Assembly: GCA_964016885.1 (NCBI GenBank)
Contig: OZ024742.1
Span: 55,056,001-55,120,000 of the forward strand
DNA from: Eledone cirrhosa
Lineage: Eukaryota
Reading direction: 5' to 3'
Length of the DNA stretch: 64,000 bases
The notes beneath the pieces are model-generated. The model did not search any database. It saw only the letters and a list, made by a program, of their open reading frames with translations, and was not told where the DNA came from. Every line of letters begins with the position of its first letter. Position 1 is the first letter of the stretch. Positions 47,890 through 60,816 of the stretch are shown in pieces. The translations under genes and the position numbers were made by a program.

Positions 47890-50700
47890 GCTAATGATAG
47901 AAACAACAACAACCACCCTGATAACTACAATAGCAACACACACAACTATGACGATAGATATAATGACAACCCCTTAGAGAAACTATTTTTCAACCCAGCT
48001 GACAAAACATATAAGATGGGTAATATCTATCCTACGAGGTTACCCTTTAATAAAAGAGTTTGCATACCACAACAAATAGGTGACGAGACAGAGGCACGGT
48101 TCACCATAGCTAGAAATAAGATTAGACAAATAGTAGACAGGTATACTAAGAGACAGAGCAGACCAGAGGCCCAACAACTTGGGAGGAAACCTGTAGAAGG
48201 CTTGGTTAGCCTCAAGCAGCGCACAAGGGATGGTGAGGTAGTGTGTCTACCCACAGATCAGTCTGGTAGGATGTCAATAGATAGCATGCCGAACTACATC
48301 GAGGCTATGCAACCCCACATCACCAACACGAGCGAAGTTGCACAACAAACACACGATGGGAGAGAAAAAATCCTCAACGCTCACATGATGATGTGGACTG
48401 ACATCCTAAAGCCAAGCAGACGCACTGCCAACAACTTCCAGGCGTCTAACAATGGCATACCACACTTGTATGGGCTCCGCAAAGACCACAAGGCAGTCGA
48501 CGACCCGACAACAGGACCACCAATAAGACCCGTATGCGGAGCTAATATAGCTAGCAACTACAGGATCTCCTACTTCCTCTCAATGGCTATACGCCCCATA
48601 ATCAAGATGTCCCTAGATGTATGTGACAGTACAGAGGACCTCCTCAGCAGAATCAGTGAGTGCAACAAAACAGGAGCCTATCCAACTGCATAATAGGCAG
48701 CATGGATGTGGTGTCACTGTACCCATCCATTAACATTGATTTTGCTGTGAAAAGATGTGTGGAGATGATCATTGAGAGTGAGGTGGAGTTCTGCGACGTC
48801 GACACCGACGAACTGGGCCTCCTACTTAGACTTACCTGCGACACTGACTACCTAGACAGCCATGACCTTAGATGTTTCTGCCCTAGTAGACCTATAAGAG
48901 GTAGACCCTCCACCATAACCTCAATGGCAAAAATGACTCCGATGGGAAGGTGGATTGGGTGGACCAAAGCTATACGGACCCCCCAAAACAATGATCAGGT
49001 AAGAAAAATGGTCGCACGTGCAATAGGGGCTAGTATCAAAACTACACTAAAGGGCCACATATTTAAGTTCAATGAGAAAATCTACACCCAAAATGAGGGA
49101 GCAGCCATCGGCGTCAGCATAGCTGGTGATGTTGCCAACCTTTTCATGGTATGGTGGGAAAGGAGACTTAAAGATCTCCTTAATGAAAGCTCCATAGACC
49201 TCATCATGTACTCTCGTTATGTAGACGATATCAATATAGTTATAAGAACACCCCCACTAGAGAGCTCTAACAAGTTTGATTTAGAACGTAGCACGATGGA
49301 AAGCATCCAGCAGATAGCTAATTCCATACGCCAGAGTATAACTGTAACTATCGACTTCCCTTCCAAACACCCTAACAATAGACTACCTGTATTAGACACA
49401 GAACTCTGGATTAACACTATAGACGAGAGAGCCCAAATGTTCCACTACGCTAAACCCATGGCCTCCAAATACTTGATACTCAAAAACTCAGCAATGTCCA
49501 GTAGTGCTAAGTTTAATATTCTGATCGTAGATTTGGTACGAGTGATGAAGAATGTGTCCAGCATGTGCGACCCGACAGAAATGGAAAGACACATCCAACA
49601 CTTCATCAACCGCATGCATTTCTCTGGCTACAACCAGAGAGTCAGAGTCAGAGTATACGAAGGAGCCATGGAAAAGTATAAGACCCTCATAGAACTGGAC
49701 ATGAAAGGAATTTGCCCATTATACAGGAGCAAATCATGGAATAGCTTAGATAGGGCTAGACATAAGATAGGGAAAGCCACATCATGGTACGACAACCAGA
49801 GATACCAGAGTGTCATGTTTGTGGACGCCACCCCTGGAGGGAAATTAGCTAACCAGTGTAGAAGGCCCTGAGAAGGACTCACTTAAAAATAAAGGTGGTA
49901 GAAAAGCCAGGAACCACCATAAAATCCCTGATCAGCAAAACTTAGCCTTTTAAGAAAACCCACTGTACCAATAGGAAATGTATCATATGTAAGGTGAACC
50001 CCCGGATAAACTGTAAAACTAGAAACGTAGTCTATAGCATAAGATGTACAGAGGGTACTTGCAGAAACATGACAACAACATACATAGGTGAGACAGCTCG
50101 TAGCATAGGTGAAAGGATAGACCAACACTGGGGGGAACTAAAAGGACGAAAAAACGGGTCAGTACTATACGAGCATGCTCGACAACAACATGACGGTAAC
50201 ATAGACAACATAGAAATTTGAATAATATCTAAACATAGAAATGACCCAGCAGATAGGCAAATCAGAGAGGCCAGTGAAATAGAAATTAGAAGACCAAAGC
50301 TAAACAGAAAGAATGAGTGGAATAACAACAACACCCAAACAAACAACACTGACCTAAGAGAAGTATAAATAAGTAAATAAAATAAGATAAATAAATACAT
50401 ACACAAGCACAATAACAACAAGCACATAAACACACACTAGTCACCCAGCAAACATAACACTATACACACTAGTCACACAGCAAACATAACACTATACACA
50501 CACGCAAACGCATGCGCAAAGAAGACAAAATAAAATAAACAAACAAGCAAATAAATAAATAAATATATAGACAGACTGAATAAAAAATGGCGTAGACATA
50601 CAACACAACAGGAGGAAAATATAACACCACTGACGATGTTGCAGATGTGCAACGAAAGATTTATGTAAATTATGTAAACTATATATATGTGTTTGTGTCT
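47890..50700 (+). mobile_element. Penelope-like element, degenerate (RT with a long fingers insertion and C-terminal GIY-YIG; reading frame ends at 50368)
   Basis: TDQSG, LYGLRKDHK, RPVC, MDVVSLYPSI, RYVDD, LPVLD, VVYSIRC..YIGETAR; partial hammerhead CTGACGA-gttgca/tgcaac-GAAA at 50630-50657. Confidence 0.9.
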
Positions 50701-50875
50701 ATATTGTATCTGTATTATTTTTGACCGTTGGTCAGTCAATGGCAACATTGAGGACCGAGTAAGCTAGATTACAGATATAAAAGACAGCGAGAAGCGAAAA
50801 CCAATCAAACAGTGAGTGTGTTCTGTTATTAATTCTTGCAATATTACACAAATATGACCCTCCCCAAGTATAACA

Positions 50876-50954
50876 ATATATATATATGTGTATGTGTAAA
50901 TATATATGTATGTATATATATATGTATATATACAAACATATATAAATATGTATA

Positions 50955-51041
<87 letters not shown>

Positions 51042-51139
51042 GTATATATATATGTATGTATATATACATATGTATATAAATATGTATGTATATATATATA
51101 TATATGTATGTATATATATATATAAATATATATATATAA

Positions 51140-51212
<73 letters not shown>
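50876..51212. repeat. Long (TA)n/(TATG)n microsatellite
   Basis: direct reading. Confidence 0.95.
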
Positions 51213-51217
<5 letters not shown>

Positions 51218-51251
51218 AGATCAAAAGATCGTTAAAAGAGTTCCAAGTATT

Positions 51252-51314
51252 TTATTATGCGCATTTCAAAAACAAATATAATCATGATATGATATCTGCG
51301 TTTTCATCAGATAA
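51252..51314 (-). ncRNA. Hammerhead ribozyme with a canonical core and extended stem II
   Basis: ttat CTGATGA aaacgcagatat..atatttgttttt GAAA tgcgca TA ataa. Confidence 0.75.
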
Positions 51315-51406
51315 CATAGGGATACATGATATGAAGGTTAAAAAACACTTGTGAATAGGGAAGTTTTAACTCAACATATGAAAAATAATTTATGATTGAT
51401 GTACAT

Positions 51407-51513
51407 AGAGAGAAATGACTTCTGACGATGATATCTTTCTCAATGTAAATCCGCTTGGATTATCTATTCATTTGGGATCTGAAACCGCGGTAAGGGCACA
51501 TATAGCAAGTACA

Positions 51514-51554
<41 letters not shown>

Positions 51555-51721
51555 CAAGGATGTGTAAACACAGAAACCATCTTAAAAAATAATAAATACA
51601 TTCCAAAGAATTCACTGTAATTGCTATATTGCCCTTACCGCGGTTTCAGATCCCAACTAAATAGATATTTCAAGCGGACTTCCATTGAGAAAGAGATCAT
51701 TGTCAGAAGTCATTTCTCTCT
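51407..51721. repeat. Inverted repeat (arms about 110 bp) with a hammerhead-like motif in each arm
   Basis: 51407-51515 versus 51615-51721; CTGACGA..about 50 nt..GAAAC cgcg GTA. Confidence 0.8.
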
Positions 51722-52489
51722 CGGAGAATATAAAATTCCCGAGTTAAAATTACAATGTGGCGCCATTCAAAACTGCCTCAGAATCAGAGCAAAGGAATGA
51801 TGAAACAGTTCTGTTATGGTACCCTGTGCAAAGACAAAAAACACGGTGGACAGGTCAATCCCGTGCTGCTAAAAATAGCAGCCGTTCAAACGACCAAAGG
51901 TTTCTCTAACATTGGGGAGAATAATAATAAAAAGTATGTGTTCCTGCATGTAATTAATACACACAGCGACACAAGTATAGTCCGACCATATGTCAGTGTA
52001 GTTCAAGGGCAAGTTAATAAATTAACAATCCAGAACATATAAAATCAAGGGAGTGTAACAATGGTAGAGTAACCTTTGTAATGCAAATTGTTACTTGCAT
52101 ATGCGAGGGCAGATATTTGTATAGTTCCCTAAAATGTTAAGAAATTATGGCAATATGTTGAGAGATTATAAACCGATTATTTTGTGAAACGTTAGCAACA
52201 GGACTAACATTTTAGACATATTGCCTATCTATAATACTCAATACGAATGCCTATACGTGTGCCCGCAATCCCATTTGATCTCAGCAAATATAGCTATTGT
52301 ACATAATTATTAAAATAAATAAACCTCACACTCAAATATGTAGATGCACTTTCGTATCCTTCTTCTGTCAATATATAAATGTTGCCCTTTAAAAATAGGC
52401 GACTCTCTACAATGTGTCTTTCTAGAAAGGATGGTATAGATGAGTATCCGAGATGTGAGGATTACTACTGTCTTAATAACATTGTGGAT

Positions 52490-52670
52490 TGGCAGTATCG
52501 GTAGAGGGTCGGACGCCATGCTTTCCAGCATAGTTACGTCCCTTTATGATCTGAGTTCAAATCCCGCCGAGGTTGACTTTGCCTTTCATCCTTACGGGGT
52601 CGATAAAATAAAGTACCAGTAATGCACTGGGTAATTTGCTGGCCTTGTGCCTAAAGTAGAAACAATTATA
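52490..52670 (+). mobile_element. tRNA-derived SINE (best-preserved copy)
   Basis: A-box-like TGGCAGTATCGG, B box GAGTTCAAATCCC, core GCCTTTCATCCTTACGGGGTCGATAAAATAAAGTACCAGT, short ATT tail. Confidence 0.88.
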
Positions 52671-54517
52671 TAAATCGCAATATCGCATAAGACATTTCAT
52701 TCGAACATTCTGTTAATACATCTCTCTGGATTGTATTTGAATTAGTGATTTCCGTGGAAGTTGAATGTAGCCAAAATAAATAACTGAATGCCCTATATGT
52801 GTCGCTGCTATCAATTCAGAAATTTATAAAAATATTTCTCAATCTTATATATAATGATTGGAGGCCTGCAGGACTGTGTCAGGAATATTTTTTCTGAACA
52901 CGTTGGATTACTTTGAATAGATCATGAATGAATATTATGTAATCTATCTGCTAAATTTCGTATATGTTTAATAGACATAAATATTCTTATATATATAATA
53001 TATTGCTTATTTTAAAATTCCCTTCTTTAAAATGTTAAAATGTCTACACTTCCGGGTAGCGTCCGTTATAAAATAACACGTAGCGGTACACTATATGACA
53101 TCGCCTATATAAATGTTCTTATATTTGCATAGTTAAATAAGGTTGATATTTCCGTCGCTATGTTTTTCCATTTTCGTTTTCATAACATTTTGAGTTCATA
53201 TATAATATCGTCTTCTTTTAATGTATCATTGGTTACGGAAGAGTGTGTAATACATTCTCTCTTCAATTTCAGTGCATAGTGTCAATTACGAGTTTATTAG
53301 ACGTATCATTTCTAAATGCATTGATATTTGCATATATCAATACGCACACTACACATGCTAGCGGACAACCATCCGAAGGGTTGTTTTTCTGCTAGTTTAT
53401 AATAATAAAATAAACAAGTTATCTAAACCCTTTCAAATTGTGTTCAGGTGTGTTCTAGCTTGGATAGAATATAATATTCCCGTTGTTCTACTTAAGGTCA
53501 AATGGTGTTGATAAAACACTAACAGACTTCTATGAGCTACGGCCAATTTAATAGCCAGATAAATATAATTGTCGCACATTCAATTCACAATCGTCAACTC
53601 TAAGTATATTTACTAATTTTGTATATAGTTTCCTCTTCTTGAAAGAAACAACGTTGGGTAAAATGGGGATTTGATTAAAATTGGAAATGAAACTACCTGC
53701 AATTATACTCTGCAGGATAAACTTCGTGAAAAGCGGCATAAGTAAGATTTTATCATACATTTTTATATGTGCTTTCCTTACTTCAGATCTATTTCATATA
53801 TATAAACATAAAGATGAGATAATTTGTTAACACGTTATGATGTAAATTGGATGTTTGACAATTTACACAGTAATTTCATAAAAAGCGATAAAAATGATTT
53901 GATACTAAATAAATATTCTGTGGAAACAAATTATTTAATTGGCGAATATAAAAATGCCTATAATATAAGGCTACAGTGTTGTTAGATGTAGCGAGGATAA
54001 TCAAAATTTGCAACAGATCGATAAAATTGATCTTTATGTGAATTCATTGTAATGATTCAATTTTGGTTTAGATATATATATAAAATATATATTGATTTGA
54101 AAAAAAAAAAACATTTGTAATCTAGAAAATGTTTAATTGTGAATATATACTCAAACATCGGCACCACAATGATATAAGCCCGGATGATGAGAGCAAAATC
54201 ACTATGATGTGAAGATCCCCAGGCTCAAGCCATCTCGGAGTACCAGCGGACAGAATTGAGAAAGCTTTTCTCCAGAGTTTAAGGGGGGGACGCGTTGAAA
54301 GATACAGCTAACTAAATTACGCCCAGAAACTGTTTATATACACAATTACAGACACGGTGAAAAGGAGAAGTAAAGCTGGTCATGAATAAGAAAAGTTAGA
54401 GAATCGTATATTGACCGATATCGAATATTAAAAGCTGTTATTGTCTTTCGATTGAGTGTAATAACGAGGTATATCAACCAACACCGTTGTTAGAATTTGA
54501 GTGGCAAATAAATACAT

Positions 54518-54930
54518 TCTTCTTCTTCTTCTTCTTCTTCTTGGGGTCTATATCTGGAACTACTGCCAGTTGGTTTTGACCGTAGTATCGGAGCTGTGAT
54601 CCCTCAATTGGGAGAAGTAGCGGCTTTAAATGGAGTGACTCTCTCATCCGCAAGCTATGCCTTATCGAGTAACGTTACTCCAAATAACCTTTAGAGGAAC
54701 CCTATTTCGGCCACTTGCATTCGTGATCGTTTTCTTTCGGTCATTACTGAAAATTTATTAAGGGGAGGCACAAATACCGAATTGAAGATAGCGTGCTTGG
54801 CCTTTACGCCTACCACGTTCTTCTGATTACCGAATGCTGAAGTTGGCGCATTACTGCACCGCAGCCTCCGGCATTTCATAACTCGTGAACAGGTTCCCAA
54901 GATAATTGAACTTCACCACCTGCTTAAGGA
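54518..54930 (-). mobile_element. RTE-like LINE 3' fragment with a (GAA)n tail
   Basis: K..IFNSVFVP.L, MTERKRSRMQVAEIGFL; similar to 45100-45530. Confidence 0.7.
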
Positions 54931-54989
54931 CCACAGCAAGCAGGAATCAAAGTTGTGCGTCCAACTCTAATCAAAGGTGTACGTCGTTT

Positions 54990-57095
54990 GATTAATATAC
55001 TTCTAGATTCCTTATTTTATGAATATTAACAATTTTATTTATTGTTTCCTAGATACTCGCTCAAGCTCTCTTTCTCATTTGAACCTCATGACTAATCAGT
55101 CTTTTCCCAACTTCGGCTCTTTTTGCTTAGAATCGGTCCACGTCAGCCTTGGGGGTGTAAGCCTCGATGTATATTCAACATCTTTCTTGTTTTTCTAACA
55201 ATATTTTTCAGTTCATCGACCATCCTCGATGATTCCAGCACCATATCTTATTATAGACACATCACTGGAGTTCATTACCGTTATCGTGTTTCCAGCATTA
55301 CGCTGCGATTCCAGGATAACGGTGATAAGCTGTCTCCTTGAAAAATGCCTCTCCTTATTCTAACTTCTCTTAATGCATCTCATTTTGATGTCAGTTCGAC
55401 TCTCCAGTGTATCATTGACTTCTTCAACAATGCCTTGTTTTCTCTACCACTTTCACTAAATCTAGACATTCCAAAAGCCACAAGTGGGCGATCATATCAT
55501 AAGCTTTCCTGTAATAGATCCACGCTACATGCTCTACTGGAAAATACTCCTTTCTCTCTATGCGCAGATTCAACTCCTCTGCATAGGCAAGCAAGTTTTT
55601 AGCCTATAGTTGGAAACTAAATAACCCTTTATTTTCATCCGTTTAGATTAGACATGTACTGCATTTCGTCAACCGTCTTCGTACACTTTTATTTGCTTAA
55701 TTTCTTTTTTGCTCAATTTCATTAAGTTGTTTATGATCTGATTATGGGCATTACTAAATCTCTTTAACTAGTATTCATGCACTCCATCAAGTGGACTGGC
55801 CTCCCATTGTGACATTCGCTTCATCTGATATGTCAACTTTGTTACTGTCATTATCGGATTCCCTTGCTGTCGTACGACTTGTAACTCCCGTTTCACTCCT
55901 TGCAACCATTCGACACTCCTATTATGTTCAACATATCCGTCCCATATACCTCCCCAGAATATTTTGCTTTTTTCTACATCCGGTTTTGCAGCATACTTTC
56001 TCTTGTTTCCACCCAGTGTTTCATTCAGTTTTTTTTCTGATTTGACTGGAACATCCTATTTTGGATGAATATTTCCTGATTTTTGCTCATATTTCCTGAT
56101 TTTTGCGATTACTGCTTTCTCTCTTTGTTTTAATTGTTCTATAACTGTTGGTAATCTCGTATTTTTCACATGGTATGTCCTTTCTAATCGTGGTATTACA
56201 CTTTGCTTTTGCAACCTGTTTTTCTCCCACTCTTCCAGAGCCGGAACGAATACCATGAAACATTCTATACGACGTTCTAACGACTCTCCCAATTTGCCAC
56301 CCATATTCCAGATATTAATCTGACACTAAATTTGCATCTGCCAACCGTAGTATATTAGTTTCTCAAATGCTAACTGTCTTAAAGTAACCTATGACCTTGT
56401 CTATATTTTCGAACTAGTTTTCATACATATTGGTTTAAGTTTGTCTTCACTTCTTAACTTTTCTGCTAGTTTTTCCATGAGCAGTCTATCATCTTCAGGC
56501 ACTTCATTTATGCCCAATATATATATTCACCCCATATACCACCTCCTTTTCTAGTGTTTTAGTTACATTCGACTCCTCAACAAGCACCCTGTCTTCGATG
56601 ACTTCCAGTGTTTCACTTCTATCACTCTTATTTTTTTATTTTTTATTTTCTCAATTTCTATGTCAGATAGCCAGCCTCTATTTTTTTATACACAGTAGTT
56701 GCCCTGCTAATAGTTGCCCACTCATTTCAAACAGGCCTATCCCTTTCTATATATTCATCATTCACATTCTAAATCCTCTGTATTTTGGTTCAGTTCTGAT
56801 ATAGAATTCCATGATAATTTTATTCATTTCTTTATTCCATTTATTTATTTCCTTATTTTTGTCCTTTGCGGAATGACGACCTGCTAGGGTCAGAACAGGT
56901 AATTTAAGCCTGCCACGCACTACATCCTCATCATCAATGATGCCAGTTTTACTTTCGCTGCTATCTTCCATATTTTGGTTAGACATCACTCGTGACTGAG
57001 GGTTAGCGTTTGTGAGGTTGTGCGACTACCAGTGTTTTTTTATCGTGACACCATCACTAAGTGGACTATCCTCAAGGCTCAAAGAAAAGCACAGA
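54990..57095 (-). mobile_element. R4/Dong-like LINE, family C (old, heavily deleted; includes the 5' end)
   Basis: N-terminus KWNKEMNKIIME.Y..P..RGFR, IEQLKQR..A..AKIRKYE, YRKAYDM, FQGDSLSP relics. Confidence 0.75.
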
Positions 57096-57110
57096 ATTAT
57101 TATTATTATT

Positions 57111-60100
57111 GTTCTTAAAGTCTCAGTCATTGATGTTAGTTCACTGGAAAGTTTGTTGAAATGAATATCAAGCCACTACCTGCAGCCTCAGATATTCAGG
57201 ACGTATCGGAGGGTTCTTGCTGTTCCCAGCAAGCATGCCTTTTGAAGCGTTACAAAAAGCGGGGCGGGGCCAATTTTCTTTAACCATCCCTGTAAACTTT
57301 TTGAGATAGTACCTAGTGCGCCTATGACAATCGGCACCAGTTTGACTTCATGGCAGTTCCAAATCCTTTTTACCTCCCACTTTAAGTCCTGGTATCGGTT
57401 AATTTTCTCCCTCTCCTTCTCTTGCACTCTCGTGTCGAATGGGCAGGCCACATCCACAATCAGGCACGATCTTTTTTCCCTGTCCAAACCCATCAGGTCA
57501 GGTCTATTGTGTTCCAGTTTCTTGTCCGTCTGTATCCTAAAATCCCACAGCACCTTCACCTGATCGTTTTCTATCACCGACTCTGGCTTATGCTCATACT
57601 ACTTCTCAGAATGTGGTAAATTGTTTACTTTGCATAGGTGCCAGTGGATCAGCCTGCCCATCACATCATGTCTCCAGCCCTTATAGTGAGTCTGGGCTAG
57701 GTCTTTACACTCGGATATAATGTGAGCCACAGTCTCCCCTCTCCTCCACAGATCCTGAACAGTGGGCTAGCCTCCTCCTTGTAAATATGGTGTTTCAACC
57801 ACTTCGTTTTGAGGGCCTGCTCTTGCGCAGCCATTTACATTCCTTCTGTAGCCTTTTTAAGGTCTCCTCTTTTCAACCAGTTCCATGTCTGTGGATCTCT
57901 GAATTCAGTTTTCTCAAAGAAGGTACTATGAAGGGATTTTTCATGAAGGCTGCTCTTTCTCCTTGTTGTTATTTCCTCCTTGGACTCCCTTGGTCTATTG
58001 TCCTCTCCTTCAGTACAATTCTGAGCATTGGCTCCTGACTATCAGTCACGTATTTGTGTAGGTTGTTTTTCTCCATCTGAACACAGTCCTCTATGCTGAT
58101 AAGACCTCTTCCACCTTCAGATCTCCTTAAGTAGAGTCTATCGACATCACTCCTCTTGTGGAACATGTTGTAGATAGTCAATAGCTTCCTAGTCTTCCTA
58201 TCCATTTCTTTTTGTTCAGCAACATTCCATCTCAGAATTCCCGCACTCTACCTAATAATAGACACAGCTCGGAAATTTACTGCACTTATGGCATTCCTAC
58301 TGTTCAGATGTGACTTTAATACGCTCCCTACTCTCCGAATGTATTCAGATCTTATCAATTCCTTCATTTTTTTGTTCTTGATGTCATCAGCCTCCAGAAC
58401 ACCCAAATACTTGCATCCTTCTTCAGTGTCAATTTCCTTTATCATCTCACCTGTTGGTACCTCGATTCCTTTGCTTCTGCTCAATTTACCCCGCTTCATC
58501 ACAAGGACTCCACACTTACTAATACCAAATTGCATACATATATCATTGCTGAAAATACGGACAGTGTCAACAAGCACATCCAACTCTTCACTCTTCCCGA
58601 AGAGCTTAAGATCGTCCATGAAGAGGATGTGATTGATGGTAAGCTCTCCCTTTCCCAACTTGTATCCTGCTCTCACTTTTCGCAGTATAATGGTCAAGGG
58701 CATCAGGGCAAGGACAAACAACAGAGGGGACAGACTATCTCCCTGGAAGATACCTCTCTTGATCTTCACGACCCCCAAGGATTCTCCAGCTGATGTTAAC
58801 TCTGTTTTCCAGGACTTCATACTTTTGCCCAACAACTGTCTGATGTTATCTGCCACCTTGAAGATCTCTAGGCTTTTGCTGATCCAAGAATGAGGCACCA
58901 TGTCAAATGCCTTTTTGTAGTCTATCCATCCCATGGCAAGACCAGTGTGTCTCCTCTTGCAATTCCTCATTACTCTCTTATCAATAAGTAACTGGTCCTT
59001 TGTACCACGGGACTTCTTTCGGCATCCTTTCTGTTCGTCCGGTAACACGTTGTTTGTGTGGAGGTGATGGTAGATTTCCTCAGACATATTGCTTGTCAAC
59101 AGTTTCCACATTACGGACAGACATGTGATAGGTCTATAGTTGGTAAGATCATTACCCTTGATTCGATCTTTCATTACCAGAACTGTGGTACCTTTTGTCA
59201 ACCACTCTGGTACCTCACCTGACCTCAAGCAGTCATTGAACATGGTTGTCAGTTTCGGGTGGAGGGATGTTATATTTTTAATCCAATACCCCTGCACACC
59301 ATCTGGGCCTGGTGATTTCCAGTTGGTTAGTTTTTTGGCCTGCCCCTTAAGAGTTTCAACTGTGATACTCAAATCAGTTTCTTGGTGTGCCTGTTCACTA
59401 ATCTCCTTTTGTACTGTTTCAATCCACATTGCCTGGTCATTATGTTTAACATCCTGCTCCCATATTCCTCTCCAGAATGTCTTAGTTTGTTCCGCCTCAG
59501 GGATCAAGCCGTTGCCTCTTTCTTTCCCTTCAAGCTGTCCAAACAGCATCTTCTGGTTGTTGTCAAACATGCGGTTCTGTCTATACTGACTGACTCTGCT
59601 CTCGTATCGCCTAATTTTTGCACTCTTTGGTACAATGCGTTGCTTCAGTTCCTCTATGATAATATTTAGTTTTTTCCTCCTAGTTTTGTACTTTATTTCC
59701 AGTCTATTTTTAGTGTCTATTTTTTTTAGTGTCCCATTCAGTAGGGACTCAAGCTTTCCAATGTCATTTCTCATTTCCCTGATTTGACCATTCAGTCGTT
59801 TCTTCCAACAAGGTTCCGATCTTTCTTGTTTGTTGTTTCCTCTCGCTTTTATGACAAGTAATTTCCTCACCGCATTTGCTGTTGCTTTGAGGATATTGTT
59901 GCACTGGTGAAGGCTCCTCGCCTCAATATATGGGATGACTTTGTTTACCTTAGCTGTAGTTTCTTTTAACTTTTTCCTGTCTACAAATCTTAGGTTCATA
60001 GGTTTCCCACTATCATTGTTCAATTCATCTACCACTAAGTTAAGTATATCAACCAAATCTTGTTCTAGCCCGTCAGCATTCATCTCCTCAATGGCCGTAT

Positions 60101-60816
60101 CTTTGTTCCAGGTATTATTTATTTCAGCATTCAGATCATTGTCTGCTTCGGATGGTTCCTCCATTCTCTCAACCTCTTCACCTTCATTTCCCACTGGCTC
60201 GTTTGCCTGGCATACTCCACTCTTCATTTCCAACCTAATTTCTCTGCTCAGTTCCTCCAGTTCCAGCTCGCTTATCCCCCCATTAGTTCTTATTACCCGA
60301 GCCTGCCCGGTCAATTTTTGTTCACCTAATTTAAATAGACCTATCTTGTTCCAGATGTTATGCATCCGTTTCCTATACCCTTTCTGCTTGAGGTTACTCT
60401 TCAGATAACATTGCATAACAGTTCTAGTCAATTCTTTCGTCCAGTTGGTTCTGGTCCCTTTCCTTCTTCTTCTTCCTCCGACACCAGCAGTATTTGACTG
60501 ACAGCCAGGTCCCTGCTGCTGAGCCAGGGAGCACCTGCTGGGTGAGTGTCTGTTACATGACATTTCAGTCTCCACTTCACCGTTATTCGAACTGTTTAGG
60601 TTCGACATTTAAACACTCTTATCGAGGATTGGTGAATGTATGGTTACATAACCACCAGTGATTTCATCACCCCCGGTGATTTTAGTGTGGCACTATCACG
60701 CTGTAGACGAACATAAATAAACAAACAAACAAATAGGTAAAAAACAAACAAAAAAGAATAAGCATAAGTTTCATTGTAATGTAATGTTTGAATGTCTGAC
60801 TTAGGTTTTTTTTAAA

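Noticed and set aside
48660-48693. Frame change between ORFs 47743-48693 and 48660-49871 as a programmed frameshift
   Set aside because: Falls inside the RT core of a decayed copy with no slippery heptamer
50219-50221. In-frame TGA in the PLE GIY-YIG as possible selenocysteine (as in Naiads)
   Set aside because: Not at a Cys position; all conserved Cys are TGT/TGC; the copy also has a TAG and frameshifts; the endonuclease is C-terminal
54180-54240. ATGATGA-gagc...gctc hammerhead-like motif
   Set aside because: Both core boxes are defective and there is no stem III
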